Positions 8,451 through 17,867 of a DNA stretch of 64,000 nucleotides are shown here, one piece after another. The stretch lies in the sequence record OM634661.1; one strand, written 5' to 3'. The notes under the pieces were generated by a model. That model had not been told where the DNA came from, did no database searches, and was given only the letters and a program-made list of their open reading frames with translations. The position numbers and the translations under genes were made by a program. Numbering within the stretch: position 1 is the stretch's first letter; each line of letters begins with the position of its first letter.

Positions 8451-9905
8451 ATGGCAGATAAAAGAGTTCCATTTGATCCAGACTTTGATCTTGGAGGTCC
8501 AGGGATTGATACGGACCTAGAGAGAAGTACGATTAATTATAGACCTAGATTTGAATATAAGAAGAAAAGTCTTGTAAATTATGCTCCAGATATAGATCCT
8601 GAAATTGATCAGTCATATCTAGATGAATTTGAAGAATTAGAAGACTCCTCAGTTGTTGATACGTGGGAAGATGCAATAGATGTCTATGACAGAATTGTAG
8701 AAGTAGAAAAAGAACTGAGTGATAAATTAGCAGGGATTACAATTAAAGTTCCTAGAGAATATATTGTGTCTATGCAAAAGGCAGCTGAGAAATTCGGCTT
8801 TAATATCAAGGGAGATGAAATGCCGTTTGAACTTTATAAGAAAACATTTGATTACCCATCTTCTTTAGAGAAAGAAATGATTCAAGATCTATTTGAAGAT
8901 TATATGTCAGATGTAAATGGAAGTTTAAATGGTGAAATCTATACGGATGTAATAGAGATGAAGAAAGATTGGGAAGACACTATAGAGTTTTTAAAAAAGG
9001 GATTATTAGGACAGCTTGTTTCTCCATCACAATTTCCAAAAGAGAATATAACGGATGATGAAGCAATGATCCTAATAAAAGAAAAAGAAACTCAAATGAA
9101 TGAAGATTATCTTGAAACATTGAAAGTACAAAAAGCAAATGAAGAATTGCTTGATGAACTAATGATGACTGAATCAGGATCAGAAAGATACTTTCAAGTA
9201 GAAAAAGAAGTAGAAGAAGGATATAGAAAATCAGTCGAATTAGAAAGAAGACTGTATACAAAAAAAGAAATAGTTGACTTGATTGATAGAAAAGCTTCTG
9301 ATAGTGATGAGTTAATTAGCTTAATAGAAAAGACTATTGATTTCGATCCTTATGAAGAAGATAAAAAAGATTTAGTCTATCACTTTATGCGGCAATTTAG
9401 TGGAACGACTGATGCTAATACTGGAATGAAAAAGATTCAAGCTGTCTTAAAATTATCTATTGATAATAAAAAAGATAATGTGAATGAGATGAAAGCAAAT
9501 CTACGAGGTATAGCTGGTCAGGAGATTAAACAAAAAGCATATAAGAGATTGGTGAATGGTATTTTTCTAAAGAATGAAGTATTTGGAGAAGTATATGATG
9601 TACTAAATTATTTTGAAGGCATTCCTAGTATAGAGAACTTCGAGGTTTTAACTAATCATATTTCTAATGGAATGAAGCAAGCGAAAGATATGTACTTGCA
9701 ACAAGCAAGCGATTACTTCAAGATCCATGCAATGGATAGCCAGCAAAGATCTGAAAAGATCACTTCTGTTATTGATAAGGATGCAGCTAGACAAGGTTAT
9801 AAGCTGATGGGCAATATTGTTTCTCATATTAATAGTAGTAATGAAACATTCCCATCAGAAGATGAGTTGAGTGATTGGCTAAATAGATATATGGAACAAA
9901 ACTAA
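8451..9905 (+). CDS. Acidic helical hypothetical protein (probably virion-related)
   Basis: 484-aa ORF with RBS AGGAGAG inside the head module; no recognised motif. Confidence 0.6.
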   Translation: MADKRVPFDPDFDLGGPGIDTDLERSTINYRPRFEYKKKSLVNYAPDIDPEIDQSYLDEFEELEDSSVVDTWEDAIDVYDRIVEVEKELSDKLAGITIKVPREYIVSMQKAAEKFGFNIKGDEMPFELYKKTFDYPSSLEKEMIQDLFEDYMSDVNGSLNGEIYTDVIEMKKDWEDTIEFLKKGLLGQLVSPSQFPKENITDDEAMILIKEKETQMNEDYLETLKVQKANEELLDELMMTESGSERYFQVEKEVEEGYRKSVELERRLYTKKEIVDLIDRKASDSDELISLIEKTIDFDPYEEDKKDLVYHFMRQFSGTTDANTGMKKIQAVLKLSIDNKKDNVNEMKANLRGIAGQEIKQKAYKRLVNGIFLKNEVFGEVYDVLNYFEGIPSIENFEVLTNHISNGMKQAKDMYLQQASDYFKIHAMDSQQRSEKITSVIDKDAARQGYKLMGNIVSHINSSNETFPSEDELSDWLNRYMEQN

Positions 9906-9923
9906 AAAGGGAGAGATTGATAA

Positions 9924-10817
9924 ATGAATAGTAGAGAAGAACTTTTGCAAGATGTGTTAGGGAAAATGGGATTCAAAGGATCAGATGGAAGCGGGAAAAA
10001 AGATCTTTCAAGTTTCTATAGTCTACGAAGAGAACATGCACCACAAGGGAAGCAAGTTCTAACATATGAATTCAATGAAGATATTTATAAAGAGAACGGA
10101 TTAGACCTCATTCCAATTTCAGATGTTCACTTAGGATCTAGACATGCGAATATTCCTCTATTTCAAAAGTTTGTTGATTATATTCTAGAGACACCTAATG
10201 CAGTAACTATTTTAAATGGAGACCTTGCAGAAACAGCAACGAAAGTTTCAGTAGGAAAAGGGCATTTTGAAGAAAGTGAAAACCTACCAGAGCAATTAGA
10301 TATTCTAGAAGAGATATTAAAACCACTAGCAGATGCAGGAAAGATTCTTGGCATTGGACCAGGAAACCATGAAGAGCGAGTAGCTAATATGATCGGAATT
10401 AATCCTATGGCAATTCTAGCACAGAGACTAGGCGTTCCTTACTTTGGATATCAAGGATTCTTTAGAATTATAGTAAATGGTATTACATATCAAGTTGTAG
10501 CACATCATGGAGCTGGCGGCGGCGGGACAATGGGTTCCAAAGTAAATTCAGCTATGAAAATGAATTCTGTTATTCCGAATGCAGATGTTTATATTAGTGG
10601 GCATACACATGGCAAACTTTCATTCCCTGACGTTGTATGGGTCATGGATGATGAATCAGATCGTTTAATTGAACACAAGAGAACTTATGTTGTAGCAGGT
10701 TCATTTGTAGAATACTTTGGTGCATATCCTGAGATGAAAGCACTTGCTCCTTCTATTACAGGTTTGGTTATGTGTCATTTGAACTCGCAGTACAAAGATG
10801 TTCATACATATGTATAA
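9924..10817 (+). CDS. Calcineurin-like metallophosphoesterase
   Basis: Complete motif set SDVHLG, NGDLAE, GNHE, HH and GHTH. Confidence 0.88.
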   Translation: MNSREELLQDVLGKMGFKGSDGSGKKDLSSFYSLRREHAPQGKQVLTYEFNEDIYKENGLDLIPISDVHLGSRHANIPLFQKFVDYILETPNAVTILNGDLAETATKVSVGKGHFEESENLPEQLDILEEILKPLADAGKILGIGPGNHEERVANMIGINPMAILAQRLGVPYFGYQGFFRIIVNGITYQVVAHHGAGGGGTMGSKVNSAMKMNSVIPNADVYISGHTHGKLSFPDVVWVMDDESDRLIEHKRTYVVAGSFVEYFGAYPEMKALAPSITGLVMCHLNSQYKDVHTYV

Positions 10818-10835
10818 GAGGAGGTGCGGTGAACG

Positions 10836-12986
10836 TTGAACACCTGGGAAAGATTTAGAAATAGAGTAAGTGAAATTATTAGACCGAAAGCACATGTAGA
10901 TGAGGCGGCGGCTAGAGATCCTAAGAAAGTTAGAATCGTCCGCCCCTATCAACCTATTAGATCAGGAAATGGATTTGAGGATTCACCGATTGATCTAAAT
11001 GAAGTGTCAAATGCATATCATACAGACGCTTATATTAAACGAGCAGTAGATAAGTATATTGACCTTATGTTTAAAGAAGGATGGGACATATCAGGTAAAG
11101 ATGATGCAAAGAGTGAGTATGTATGGACTCGTTTAAAATTGATGGCAGAAGCAACAAACCAGCCAACAGATGCATTCTTCTATCAAGCAGCATTCGATTA
11201 TGTACTATTCGGAAATGCTTATATTGTAAAAGCAAGACAGACTGGAAGTAAAGGAAACTTATCTGGTGTGAATGCTACTGGTTACACATCAAAACAAGCA
11301 GTCGCAGGTTACTTTGTTCTTCCTGCAAACACCGTAACAATTGAGCGTGATGATAATGGTAACGTCACTAGATATCAACAACAGACTGGTGGAGGCTCTG
11401 CATTAGAGTTTGCTCCAGAGAATGTTATTCATATGGCATATAAACGACCAACAGGTAGAGCCTATGGTGTACCAATGATCGCTAATGTATTAGATGATGT
11501 TCTATTATTACGTCAAATAGAAGAAAACGTTGTTAGGCTTGTACATAAGCATTTATTCCCTGTTTACCTATGGAAAGTAGGATTAGCTCAACCAGGATAT
11601 GAAGCAACAGATGAAGAGATCGAACAGCTTGAAGAAGAGCTTGCGAATATGCCGATTGATGGAACAATGGTTGTTCCTGAAAGACATGATCTAAAAGCAA
11701 TTGGTGCAGAAGGTCAATCTATTAGTGCTGAAGGATACTTAAAGTATTTTAGACAGCGTGTATTCTCTGGTCTTGGTGTATCTGATTCAGTCATGGGTAT
11801 TGGAGACAGTGCTAATAAATCTACATCAGATAACCAATCAGCAGATCTATTTGATGCCGTAAAAGAATTCCAAAGATCTTTTGCTAATGCAGTCCAGCAT
11901 GAGATTATCAATGAGTTACTATTCGAAGGTGGATATGATCCAGTTATTAATCCAGATGATGAAGTTCATTTCTACTTTAGAGAGATCCAGCTTGATGCAA
12001 AGGTGAAGATGGAGAATCATGCAACACAGTTATTTATGCAAAATGTTATTACGCATGAAGAACTGCGGCAAATGATGGGTCTTGATCCAGTTGCAGACGA
12101 ATCTAGACTATGGATGAATATGTCTGGTTCAAACAGTGGAGGTTATTCTACAGATAGCGCAGTAGCAGCTGGTGAAAATGATGACCAACCAGAAAACCAA
12201 AGCGGTAAAAAGAAATCGCCTGGTAATGCAAAGAGAGAACAGTCAAATACTATTAATGTATCAGAGTCTGATAATGATCAAAATTTAGACGATATAAAAA
12301 ATACTGGAAAAGTATTGACGGAAGATACGGTAATGGTTAATTTAAATTCTGAGATAGGTATAGACAAATATTTTGAAACAATGACGACTTCATGGGTAAA
12401 TCTAAAAGAAGATGTTCTTTCTATGGTCAAGATGAATAAATCATTTAAAGAAATTAAAGCTTTTGGATCTGAACTGATTCGATCTAATCTTCAAAGTGCA
12501 AATAGTCGATATATCTATCAAGCAATGGATTTAGGTTTATCTCACTTATCTGAAGAAGTAAATACTCAAGTTAATACTCAAGCTCTTGATGTTAATTTTG
12601 CGAAAAAACAAATCATTAGAAAAAGTGAAAAATATGTAACAAGGTTAATTGATGATGTTGTACATATGATCGAAAAATCTTATCAAGAAGAAGATATTAA
12701 CAAGAGAGTTGCTACAATAGAAGCTTCATTTGATTCCAATCGGTATAGATTGAAATTAATATGTAAAGCAGAATTGTATAGAGCTTATAATTACGGCAGG
12801 GCTATTGCTGCTAAAGAAGCTGGTTATGAAACTATTTACTTTGATGGTAAAGATGGATGTCCTAAGTGTCGTGAAAGACATGGAGAAAAAATAGACTTAT
12901 CTTCACATAATCTATTAGATAGTATACCTCCGTATCATCCAGGTAGTGAGCGAATTCTCAGTATAAATATTGAAGGGAAGGAGTAG
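10836..12986 (+). CDS. Portal protein with C-terminal MuF (SPP1 gp7-like) domain
   Basis: TTG start after AGGAGGT. Portal-like core (DYVLFGNAYIVK; IHMAYKRPTGRAYGVP). After a low-complexity linker comes a MuF-like end (AELYRAYNYG...GCPKC...IPPYHP). Confidence 0.82.
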   Translation: MNTWERFRNRVSEIIRPKAHVDEAAARDPKKVRIVRPYQPIRSGNGFEDSPIDLNEVSNAYHTDAYIKRAVDKYIDLMFKEGWDISGKDDAKSEYVWTRLKLMAEATNQPTDAFFYQAAFDYVLFGNAYIVKARQTGSKGNLSGVNATGYTSKQAVAGYFVLPANTVTIERDDNGNVTRYQQQTGGGSALEFAPENVIHMAYKRPTGRAYGVPMIANVLDDVLLLRQIEENVVRLVHKHLFPVYLWKVGLAQPGYEATDEEIEQLEEELANMPIDGTMVVPERHDLKAIGAEGQSISAEGYLKYFRQRVFSGLGVSDSVMGIGDSANKSTSDNQSADLFDAVKEFQRSFANAVQHEIINELLFEGGYDPVINPDDEVHFYFREIQLDAKVKMENHATQLFMQNVITHEELRQMMGLDPVADESRLWMNMSGSNSGGYSTDSAVAAGENDDQPENQSGKKKSPGNAKREQSNTINVSESDNDQNLDDIKNTGKVLTEDTVMVNLNSEIGIDKYFETMTTSWVNLKEDVLSMVKMNKSFKEIKAFGSELIRSNLQSANSRYIYQAMDLGLSHLSEEVNTQVNTQALDVNFAKKQIIRKSEKYVTRLIDDVVHMIEKSYQEEDINKRVATIEASFDSNRYRLKLICKAELYRAYNYGRAIAAKEAGYETIYFDGKDGCPKCRERHGEKIDLSSHNLLDSIPPYHPGSERILSINIEGKE

Positions 12987-12992
12987 TGAGCA

Positions 12993-14399
12993 GTGAACAT
13001 CTTAAAATGGAATGGATTGGATCAAGATCCAAAACTTATTTCTGAATCAACTCATGTTAGACCACAGGTTCTAAAAGAAAGCGCACAAGCGTTACAAGAA
13101 TCTGAAGGCTCAAAGATCATTCTTCCTAAGATTGAAGCGATTCATGCTGGTACGACAAGAAATAGTACTCGGTATGTAGCAGAGAGGTTAAGAGGAAATC
13201 AAGAGTTGAAAAGTGGGGTCTTTAGTTGGACTCAGCCATATGCAAAGCCTATTATCTATAATCACGATGTAAACACAGAAGCAACAGGTCGAGTACAGAG
13301 TGCATCATTTAGTGAATACACTCAAGCAGGAAGACCTGGCATCATCGTTGTGCCTCGTATTACTCATGAGAAAGCTATTCAAGATGTATTAGAAGGTAGA
13401 CTCTTAACAGTAAGTATTGGTGCAAATACGGATGCCGTTACCTGTAGTGTATGTGGAACTGAAATCATTAGTGAAGGCTTCTGCGGTCACTTTAAAGGTG
13501 AAACTTACGAAGGCACTAAGGCAGAGTGGATCATTGGGAACGTTTGGTTCGATGAACTTAGCTGGGTCAATGTACCAAGTGATCAAGACGCAATGGTTGT
13601 TGATCAAGGATCAGTTATCTCAACAGCAGAATCATTTGCAATTAAAGATAACAAAGAGATCATCAATCTAGGATTAAGCACAAAAGAATGGACTGTTGCA
13701 GAATCCGTAGCAAGCAAAGAAGGATTAGTTGAAGGAAATAGTGAGGAGGAAGATGAAGTGACTTTAAAAGAACAATTAGCGAAAGCTCAAGAAGAGCTTG
13801 AAACGACAAAAGAATCACTTGTCAAAGCAGAAGAGCAAGTAGCTTCACTAGAAGAAGCGAAGAAAGAATTAGAGGAAGAAAAGAAAAGTTTAGAAACAAA
13901 GGTAACAGAAAGCGAAGAGTTGTTGACAACAGAAGCTGAAAAGCTTACAAATCTAGAAGAAGAGATGAAAACTTTAAAAGAAGAGAAAGAAAGTTTAGAA
14001 GAAGAGAAAAAGAATCTAACTGAATCTTTAGAGGAAGAAAAGAACGCTAGAGAAGAAGTCGTAGAGGAAAACACAAAAATCACTGCTAAACTAAAACAAT
14101 CTCTTGTTGAGCGAGTTGCCGATCTTCGTGTGCAAGTTGGTCTAGAGGAAAACGAACAAGATGCGGTTGCAAAATTATCAGAGCGTTCTACTGAGTCTTT
14201 AAAAGATTCACTTGCTGATCTTAAAGAACAAGCAAAGTCTATTAAGAACTTGGCTGCTACAGGTGCTACAGTACTTGAAGGCAGAGGATTAGGATCAGTA
14301 CAGAATCCTGGATCTAATGATGATATTAAAGAAAAAGAATTAGAACAAACTGAATCCGCTATGAAAAACTTATTCTCTGGACTAGGTGCAAAAAAATAA
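12993..14399 (+). CDS. Prohead protease fused to a coiled-coil scaffold
   Basis: Protease motifs KPIIYNHD, LTVSIGA and FDELSWVNVPSD; the C-terminal half is an E/K heptad coiled coil; lies between portal and capsid genes. Confidence 0.85.
   Translation: MNILKWNGLDQDPKLISESTHVRPQVLKESAQALQESEGSKIILPKIEAIHAGTTRNSTRYVAERLRGNQELKSGVFSWTQPYAKPIIYNHDVNTEATGRVQSASFSEYTQAGRPGIIVVPRITHEKAIQDVLEGRLLTVSIGANTDAVTCSVCGTEIISEGFCGHFKGETYEGTKAEWIIGNVWFDELSWVNVPSDQDAMVVDQGSVISTAESFAIKDNKEIINLGLSTKEWTVAESVASKEGLVEGNSEEEDEVTLKEQLAKAQEELETTKESLVKAEEQVASLEEAKKELEEEKKSLETKVTESEELLTTEAEKLTNLEEEMKTLKEEKESLEEEKKNLTESLEEEKNAREEVVEENTKITAKLKQSLVERVADLRVQVGLEENEQDAVAKLSERSTESLKDSLADLKEQAKSIKNLAATGATVLEGRGLGSVQNPGSNDDIKEKELEQTESAMKNLFSGLGAKK
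13758..14399 (+). CDS. Nested in-frame scaffold protein (213 aa)
   Basis: AGGAGG at 13744-13749 sits 8 nt before an in-frame GTG at 13758, exactly where the coiled coil begins. Confidence 0.6.
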   Translation: MTLKEQLAKAQEELETTKESLVKAEEQVASLEEAKKELEEEKKSLETKVTESEELLTTEAEKLTNLEEEMKTLKEEKESLEEEKKNLTESLEEEKNAREEVVEENTKITAKLKQSLVERVADLRVQVGLEENEQDAVAKLSERSTESLKDSLADLKEQAKSIKNLAATGATVLEGRGLGSVQNPGSNDDIKEKELEQTESAMKNLFSGLGAKK

Positions 14400-14429
14400 A
14401 TCTATACATAATCTAAGGAGGAAATAAAC

Positions 14430-15665
14430 ATGCCTTTACAACAAAATTTAGGCTCATACACTTTTGGTGGTAAGACACACACTAACCTTATTGTTTCTGA
14501 GGGTGCTGCCCCTGCTGAAAAGTGGATCGTATCAAAAGAAGAAAAAGTCAAATTCACTTATGAATTCGGACCAGAAGGAAATCAAAACGTTTTACTTGCT
14601 AAAGGTAAAATCGTAGAGCTAGGTGACGCAGAGTATGATCGTGAAACTGAGCGACAAGTATCTACTGTTAAAACAGCTACTGAAGGTTCTAAAAAAGCTG
14701 TAGGTGTTCTACACCACAACGTATATGAAACTCAACGTGATCGTTTATCAGGTGGAAACCAAAACAATCCTGTTGTTGTAACTCGTTCTTACATTGAAGT
14801 TCCATTATTTGAACATGAAACTCTAGCAACTGCTTCTGATTTCGCTTCAGCTATGGGATTCGGTGCTGCTTATGGTAACACTGCTACTAAAATCCAACCT
14901 GGTGATTTCGTCAAAGTTGGTAAAGATGGTAACTTTGTAAAACTTGATGTAGAAAATGATTCTCCATTTGAGATCGTTGGTCAAGCACTTGCTGTAGAGC
15001 GTGAGCTTCCACCAGCTGGATTCTTGCAATACTACATGGATATGGAAATTGATCAGCTTGAAGAGTTCCTTAAAACTCAATCATTTGCTCCATCTCCAGG
15101 TTCTGATGCAACTGGTGCTTACCCAATGGGTTATCCATACAGCAACAAATCTTGGAAAACAGAATACGAAAAACTTTTGAACCCAACAATCAACAAAGGT
15201 ATTCCTTTCTTAACTGATGGATACTTTGCTGCTAAGCAAACTGTTACTGGTATCAAGATTGACGATATCTATAATGCAAGCACAAACAACGATGGTCACA
15301 TCGAGCGTGTTGATGTTCAAGGTAAAGCAACTGTTACTGGTTCTACTATTACTGTAGGCGCAGGAGATCATAAATCAGCTGTATTCGTAAAACTTCGTCA
15401 TGATATCGACAAAGGTGCTGGTGATGCAATCACTGTTAAGTACACTGTCACTGAAGGCGGAAACCCTGTTGTTAAAACAATGAGCGGTAAAGACGTACAC
15501 GTAGATCTTAAACACAATGTTGTTGTTATCTATCCAGAAGCTGGCGCTACTATGACAGATGTAAGCATTGACGCTAAATTAGTTGTTAACCCAATCGCTG
15601 GTATTCCAACTGAGTGGGATTATGCAGGTTCTGTTGGTGCAGTTCGTATCTTGCTTCAACGCTAA
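14430..15665 (+). CDS. Capsid decoration or cement protein
   Basis: Immediately upstream of the major capsid gene; strong RBS; KGKIVELG...AVGVL and IQPGDFVKVGKDGNF motifs resemble head decoration proteins. Confidence 0.6.
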   Translation: MPLQQNLGSYTFGGKTHTNLIVSEGAAPAEKWIVSKEEKVKFTYEFGPEGNQNVLLAKGKIVELGDAEYDRETERQVSTVKTATEGSKKAVGVLHHNVYETQRDRLSGGNQNNPVVVTRSYIEVPLFEHETLATASDFASAMGFGAAYGNTATKIQPGDFVKVGKDGNFVKLDVENDSPFEIVGQALAVERELPPAGFLQYYMDMEIDQLEEFLKTQSFAPSPGSDATGAYPMGYPYSNKSWKTEYEKLLNPTINKGIPFLTDGYFAAKQTVTGIKIDDIYNASTNNDGHIERVDVQGKATVTGSTITVGAGDHKSAVFVKLRHDIDKGAGDAITVKYTVTEGGNPVVKTMSGKDVHVDLKHNVVVIYPEAGATMTDVSIDAKLVVNPIAGIPTEWDYAGSVGAVRILLQR

Positions 15666-15703
15666 TACATATCTATAAAAATCTTAAATACAACATAACA
15701 AAG

Positions 15704-15722
15704 GGAGGGGAGCTTCCCCTCC
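15704..15722 (+). promoter_or_regulatory. GC-rich hairpin without U tail upstream of the major capsid gene
   Basis: GGAGGGGA-GCT-TCCCCTCC. Confidence 0.45.
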
Positions 15723-15757
15723 AATATCTAAGGATAATTTAAGGAGGAAGTAAAAAC

Positions 15758-16849
15758 ATGAATTTACTAGAAAAATATAATAAAATGATGACAGAAAAAG
15801 AGGGGTCTGGATTCGTAAAGAATTCAAAAGTAACTGTAACTGAAGCCCTTACTACTGCTGATGCAAACATTTTAATCCCTAAAGTTGTTTCTCAAATCGT
15901 TGTAGAAGCGGCTGAGCCTTTATACCTTGCTTCTCAGTTCTTCCAAAAGGTTCAAATGTCTGAAGGTCGTTCAATGGAATTCATCCATTTTGGAGCTATT
16001 CGTGCATTTGAAATTGGAGAAGGTCAAGAGTATCCAAACCAAACATTAAACCTTACTAAACAAGGTATGGGTCCAGTAGATGTCAAAGTGAAAAAGTATG
16101 GTCTTAAAGTACAAATCACTGACGAAATGGTATCTGACTCTCAATGGGATGTTATTGGATTACACCTTAAAGCAGCAGGTCGTGCAATGGCACGTAAGAA
16201 AGAAGAAGTAATTTTCGAAGACTTTAACAAGCATGGTCACATCGTATTTGATGCTGAAGCATTCTCAGCTGGTCAAGATGGATACCCAACAGGTCGTGGT
16301 TTCGATGGTAACTATAACGGAACTCTTTCTGCTGAAGATATTATCGAAATGGCTACATCTATTATGGCAGCAGGTTATACACCGACTGACATTATCATGC
16401 ATCCACTTTGCTGGGCATTGTTTGCTAAGAACGCAGTACTTGATCAGGGTTCTACAGCAGCATTCGGTCAAGGTGCAGTAAGTTTTGATCCAACAAGCTT
16501 CAATACTTCTAATGCACTAGGTCTAAATGTTATCTTCTCTCCATTCGTTCGTTTTGACGATGTTGGTAAGCAATTTGACTTCTACATCGTAGATCGTAAC
16601 AACGTTGGTGTACTTCTAGTGAAAGAAGAAATCTCTACTGAGCAGTTTGATGATCCATTGCGTGACATCAAGACTCTTAAAATGAAAGAGCGTTATGGCG
16701 TAGGTATCTTAAACGGTGGAGAAGCTATTGCAGTTGCTAAGAACATCAAGTTCGCTAAGACTTATTCTGCACCACCTCGTACTTTCAAAGAAATGGAACT
16801 TCCAACAGATTACTCTGGCGAAGGCGCTAAAAAGAAAGACGAGATTTAA
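15758..16849 (+). CDS. Major capsid protein (HK97 fold)
   Basis: ILIPKVVSQIVVEA..., AFEIGEGQEYP and ARAMARKKEEVIF patterns; 363 aa; position; strong RBS AAGGAGG. Confidence 0.9.
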   Translation: MNLLEKYNKMMTEKEGSGFVKNSKVTVTEALTTADANILIPKVVSQIVVEAAEPLYLASQFFQKVQMSEGRSMEFIHFGAIRAFEIGEGQEYPNQTLNLTKQGMGPVDVKVKKYGLKVQITDEMVSDSQWDVIGLHLKAAGRAMARKKEEVIFEDFNKHGHIVFDAEAFSAGQDGYPTGRGFDGNYNGTLSAEDIIEMATSIMAAGYTPTDIIMHPLCWALFAKNAVLDQGSTAAFGQGAVSFDPTSFNTSNALGLNVIFSPFVRFDDVGKQFDFYIVDRNNVGVLLVKEEISTEQFDDPLRDIKTLKMKERYGVGILNGGEAIAVAKNIKFAKTYSAPPRTFKEMELPTDYSGEGAKKKDEI

Positions 16850-16881
16850 TCTAAGTACATATTCTCTCTAAGATTGCTATA

Positions 16882-16920
16882 AGTGAGTTAAGCCTACTCT
16901 TAATGGGTGGGCTTCTCATT
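16882..16920 (+). terminator. Hairpin or terminator after the major capsid gene
   Basis: AAGCCTACTC/GGGTGGGCTT stem with G-U pairs and an outer AGTGAG/CTCATT stem; weak U tail. Confidence 0.5.
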
Positions 16921-16952
16921 TATATAAATTACTTTATGGGGGCGTTTTAACA

Positions 16953-17204
16953 ATGGAAATCAAAAAGCTTACACTTTACGCACAACAGCCTACTGAACTT
17001 ATGACTGGTGAAGGTACTTATGTTCAAGTATTCGGTGCTGTAAAGCTTGGAACTTCACAGGATGTTTCAGAGTATGTAGGAGCAGATTCACTTGGGAAGT
17101 TTGCATTAGGTGAAGGACAGGTATTGTATGGGGCAGCTGGATCAGCCAGCTACATCAAGGATGGTGAAGATGTCATAGTTGTAAAGCATGACGAGAAACC
17201 CTAA
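16953..17204 (+). CDS. 83-aa putative virion protein ending in CCC-TAA
   Basis: Follows the major capsid gene; its last codons overlap the Ig-domain ORF, which is in the +1 frame. Confidence 0.7.
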   Translation: MEIKKLTLYAQQPTELMTGEGTYVQVFGAVKLGTSQDVSEYVGADSLGKFALGEGQVLYGAAGSASYIKDGEDVIVVKHDEKP

Positions 17205-17802
17205 GAACCCCGCAATAGGCGGGGGATCAAAACCTAATCCGACTGGCATCACGACAAGTGTTTCTACACTCAGTCTTGTAGAAGGAACAGGAAGCGATAT
17301 CCTAGTTAATATCGAACCATCATCAGCTGATCAGAACATTGTATTTACCACATCAAGTGCTTCAATTGCATCAATTTCAGAAGCTGGAACTAGCGATGGG
17401 AAGAAGAAGTTTCGTGTGAATGGCGTTTCTTCTGGAACTGCTACAATTACATTCACATCAAAACAAGACAGCTCGATCAAAAAGACTGTATCTGTCACTG
17501 TTAAGAAACCAGCACCGACTGGTATTACAGTTGATAAAGAAGTCTTAAACCTCACTACTGGTGAGTCTGGAGATCTAAACTTAAATGTTACTCCAGCAAA
17601 TGCTGTCCAAGAAGTAAGCGGTTCTACTGCTGATACTTCTATTGCTAGGATTAGTCCTCAAGGATTAGTCGATGGTAAAATTAAATATACTGTTAACTCT
17701 TTGAAAGCTGGAAGTACAACTATCACATTTAGTGTGAAGGAAGATACTTCTAAGAAGGTAACAGTCACTGTTAATGTAACAGATCCAATAGCTGAAGATT
17801 AA
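17188..17802 (+). CDS. Two bacterial Ig-like (Big_2-type) domains, probably made as a frameshift extension of 16953-17204
   Basis: Two repeats of PTGIT...L.L..G.S.DL...V.P..A.Q......S...SIA.IS; no good RBS before ATG 17188. Confidence 0.8.
   Translation: MTRNPKNPAIGGGSKPNPTGITTSVSTLSLVEGTGSDILVNIEPSSADQNIVFTTSSASIASISEAGTSDGKKKFRVNGVSSGTATITFTSKQDSSIKKTVSVTVKKPAPTGITVDKEVLNLTTGESGDLNLNVTPANAVQEVSGSTADTSIARISPQGLVDGKIKYTVNSLKAGSTTITFSVKEDTSKKVTVTVNVTDPIAED
17199..17224 (+). other. Putative +1 programmed frameshift site
   Basis: CCCTAA at 17199-17204, followed 3 nt later by hairpin CCCCGC-AATAG-GCGGGG; the +1 frame stays open to 17802. Confidence 0.65.
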
Positions 17803-17809
17803 AAGAAGA

Positions 17810-17848
17810 GAACCTGCCTCGGTTTCATTTGTAGGTAGGTTCTTCTTT
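17810..17848 (+). terminator. Intrinsic terminator
   Basis: GAACCTGCCT/AGGTAGGTTC stem followed by TTCTTT. Confidence 0.65.
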
Positions 17849-17867
17849 ATTAAAAGGAGATTTTAAT

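Noticed and set aside
12315-12343. TTGACG-N17-TAATTT inside the portal gene
   Set aside because: Weak -10, lies within coding sequence and is expected by chance in AT-rich DNA; no independent support.
13787-14083. Ser/Phe-rich antisense ORF (also 19038-19295 and 31200-31415)
   Set aside because: These are shadows of low-complexity E/K, P/D or G-rich sense coding.
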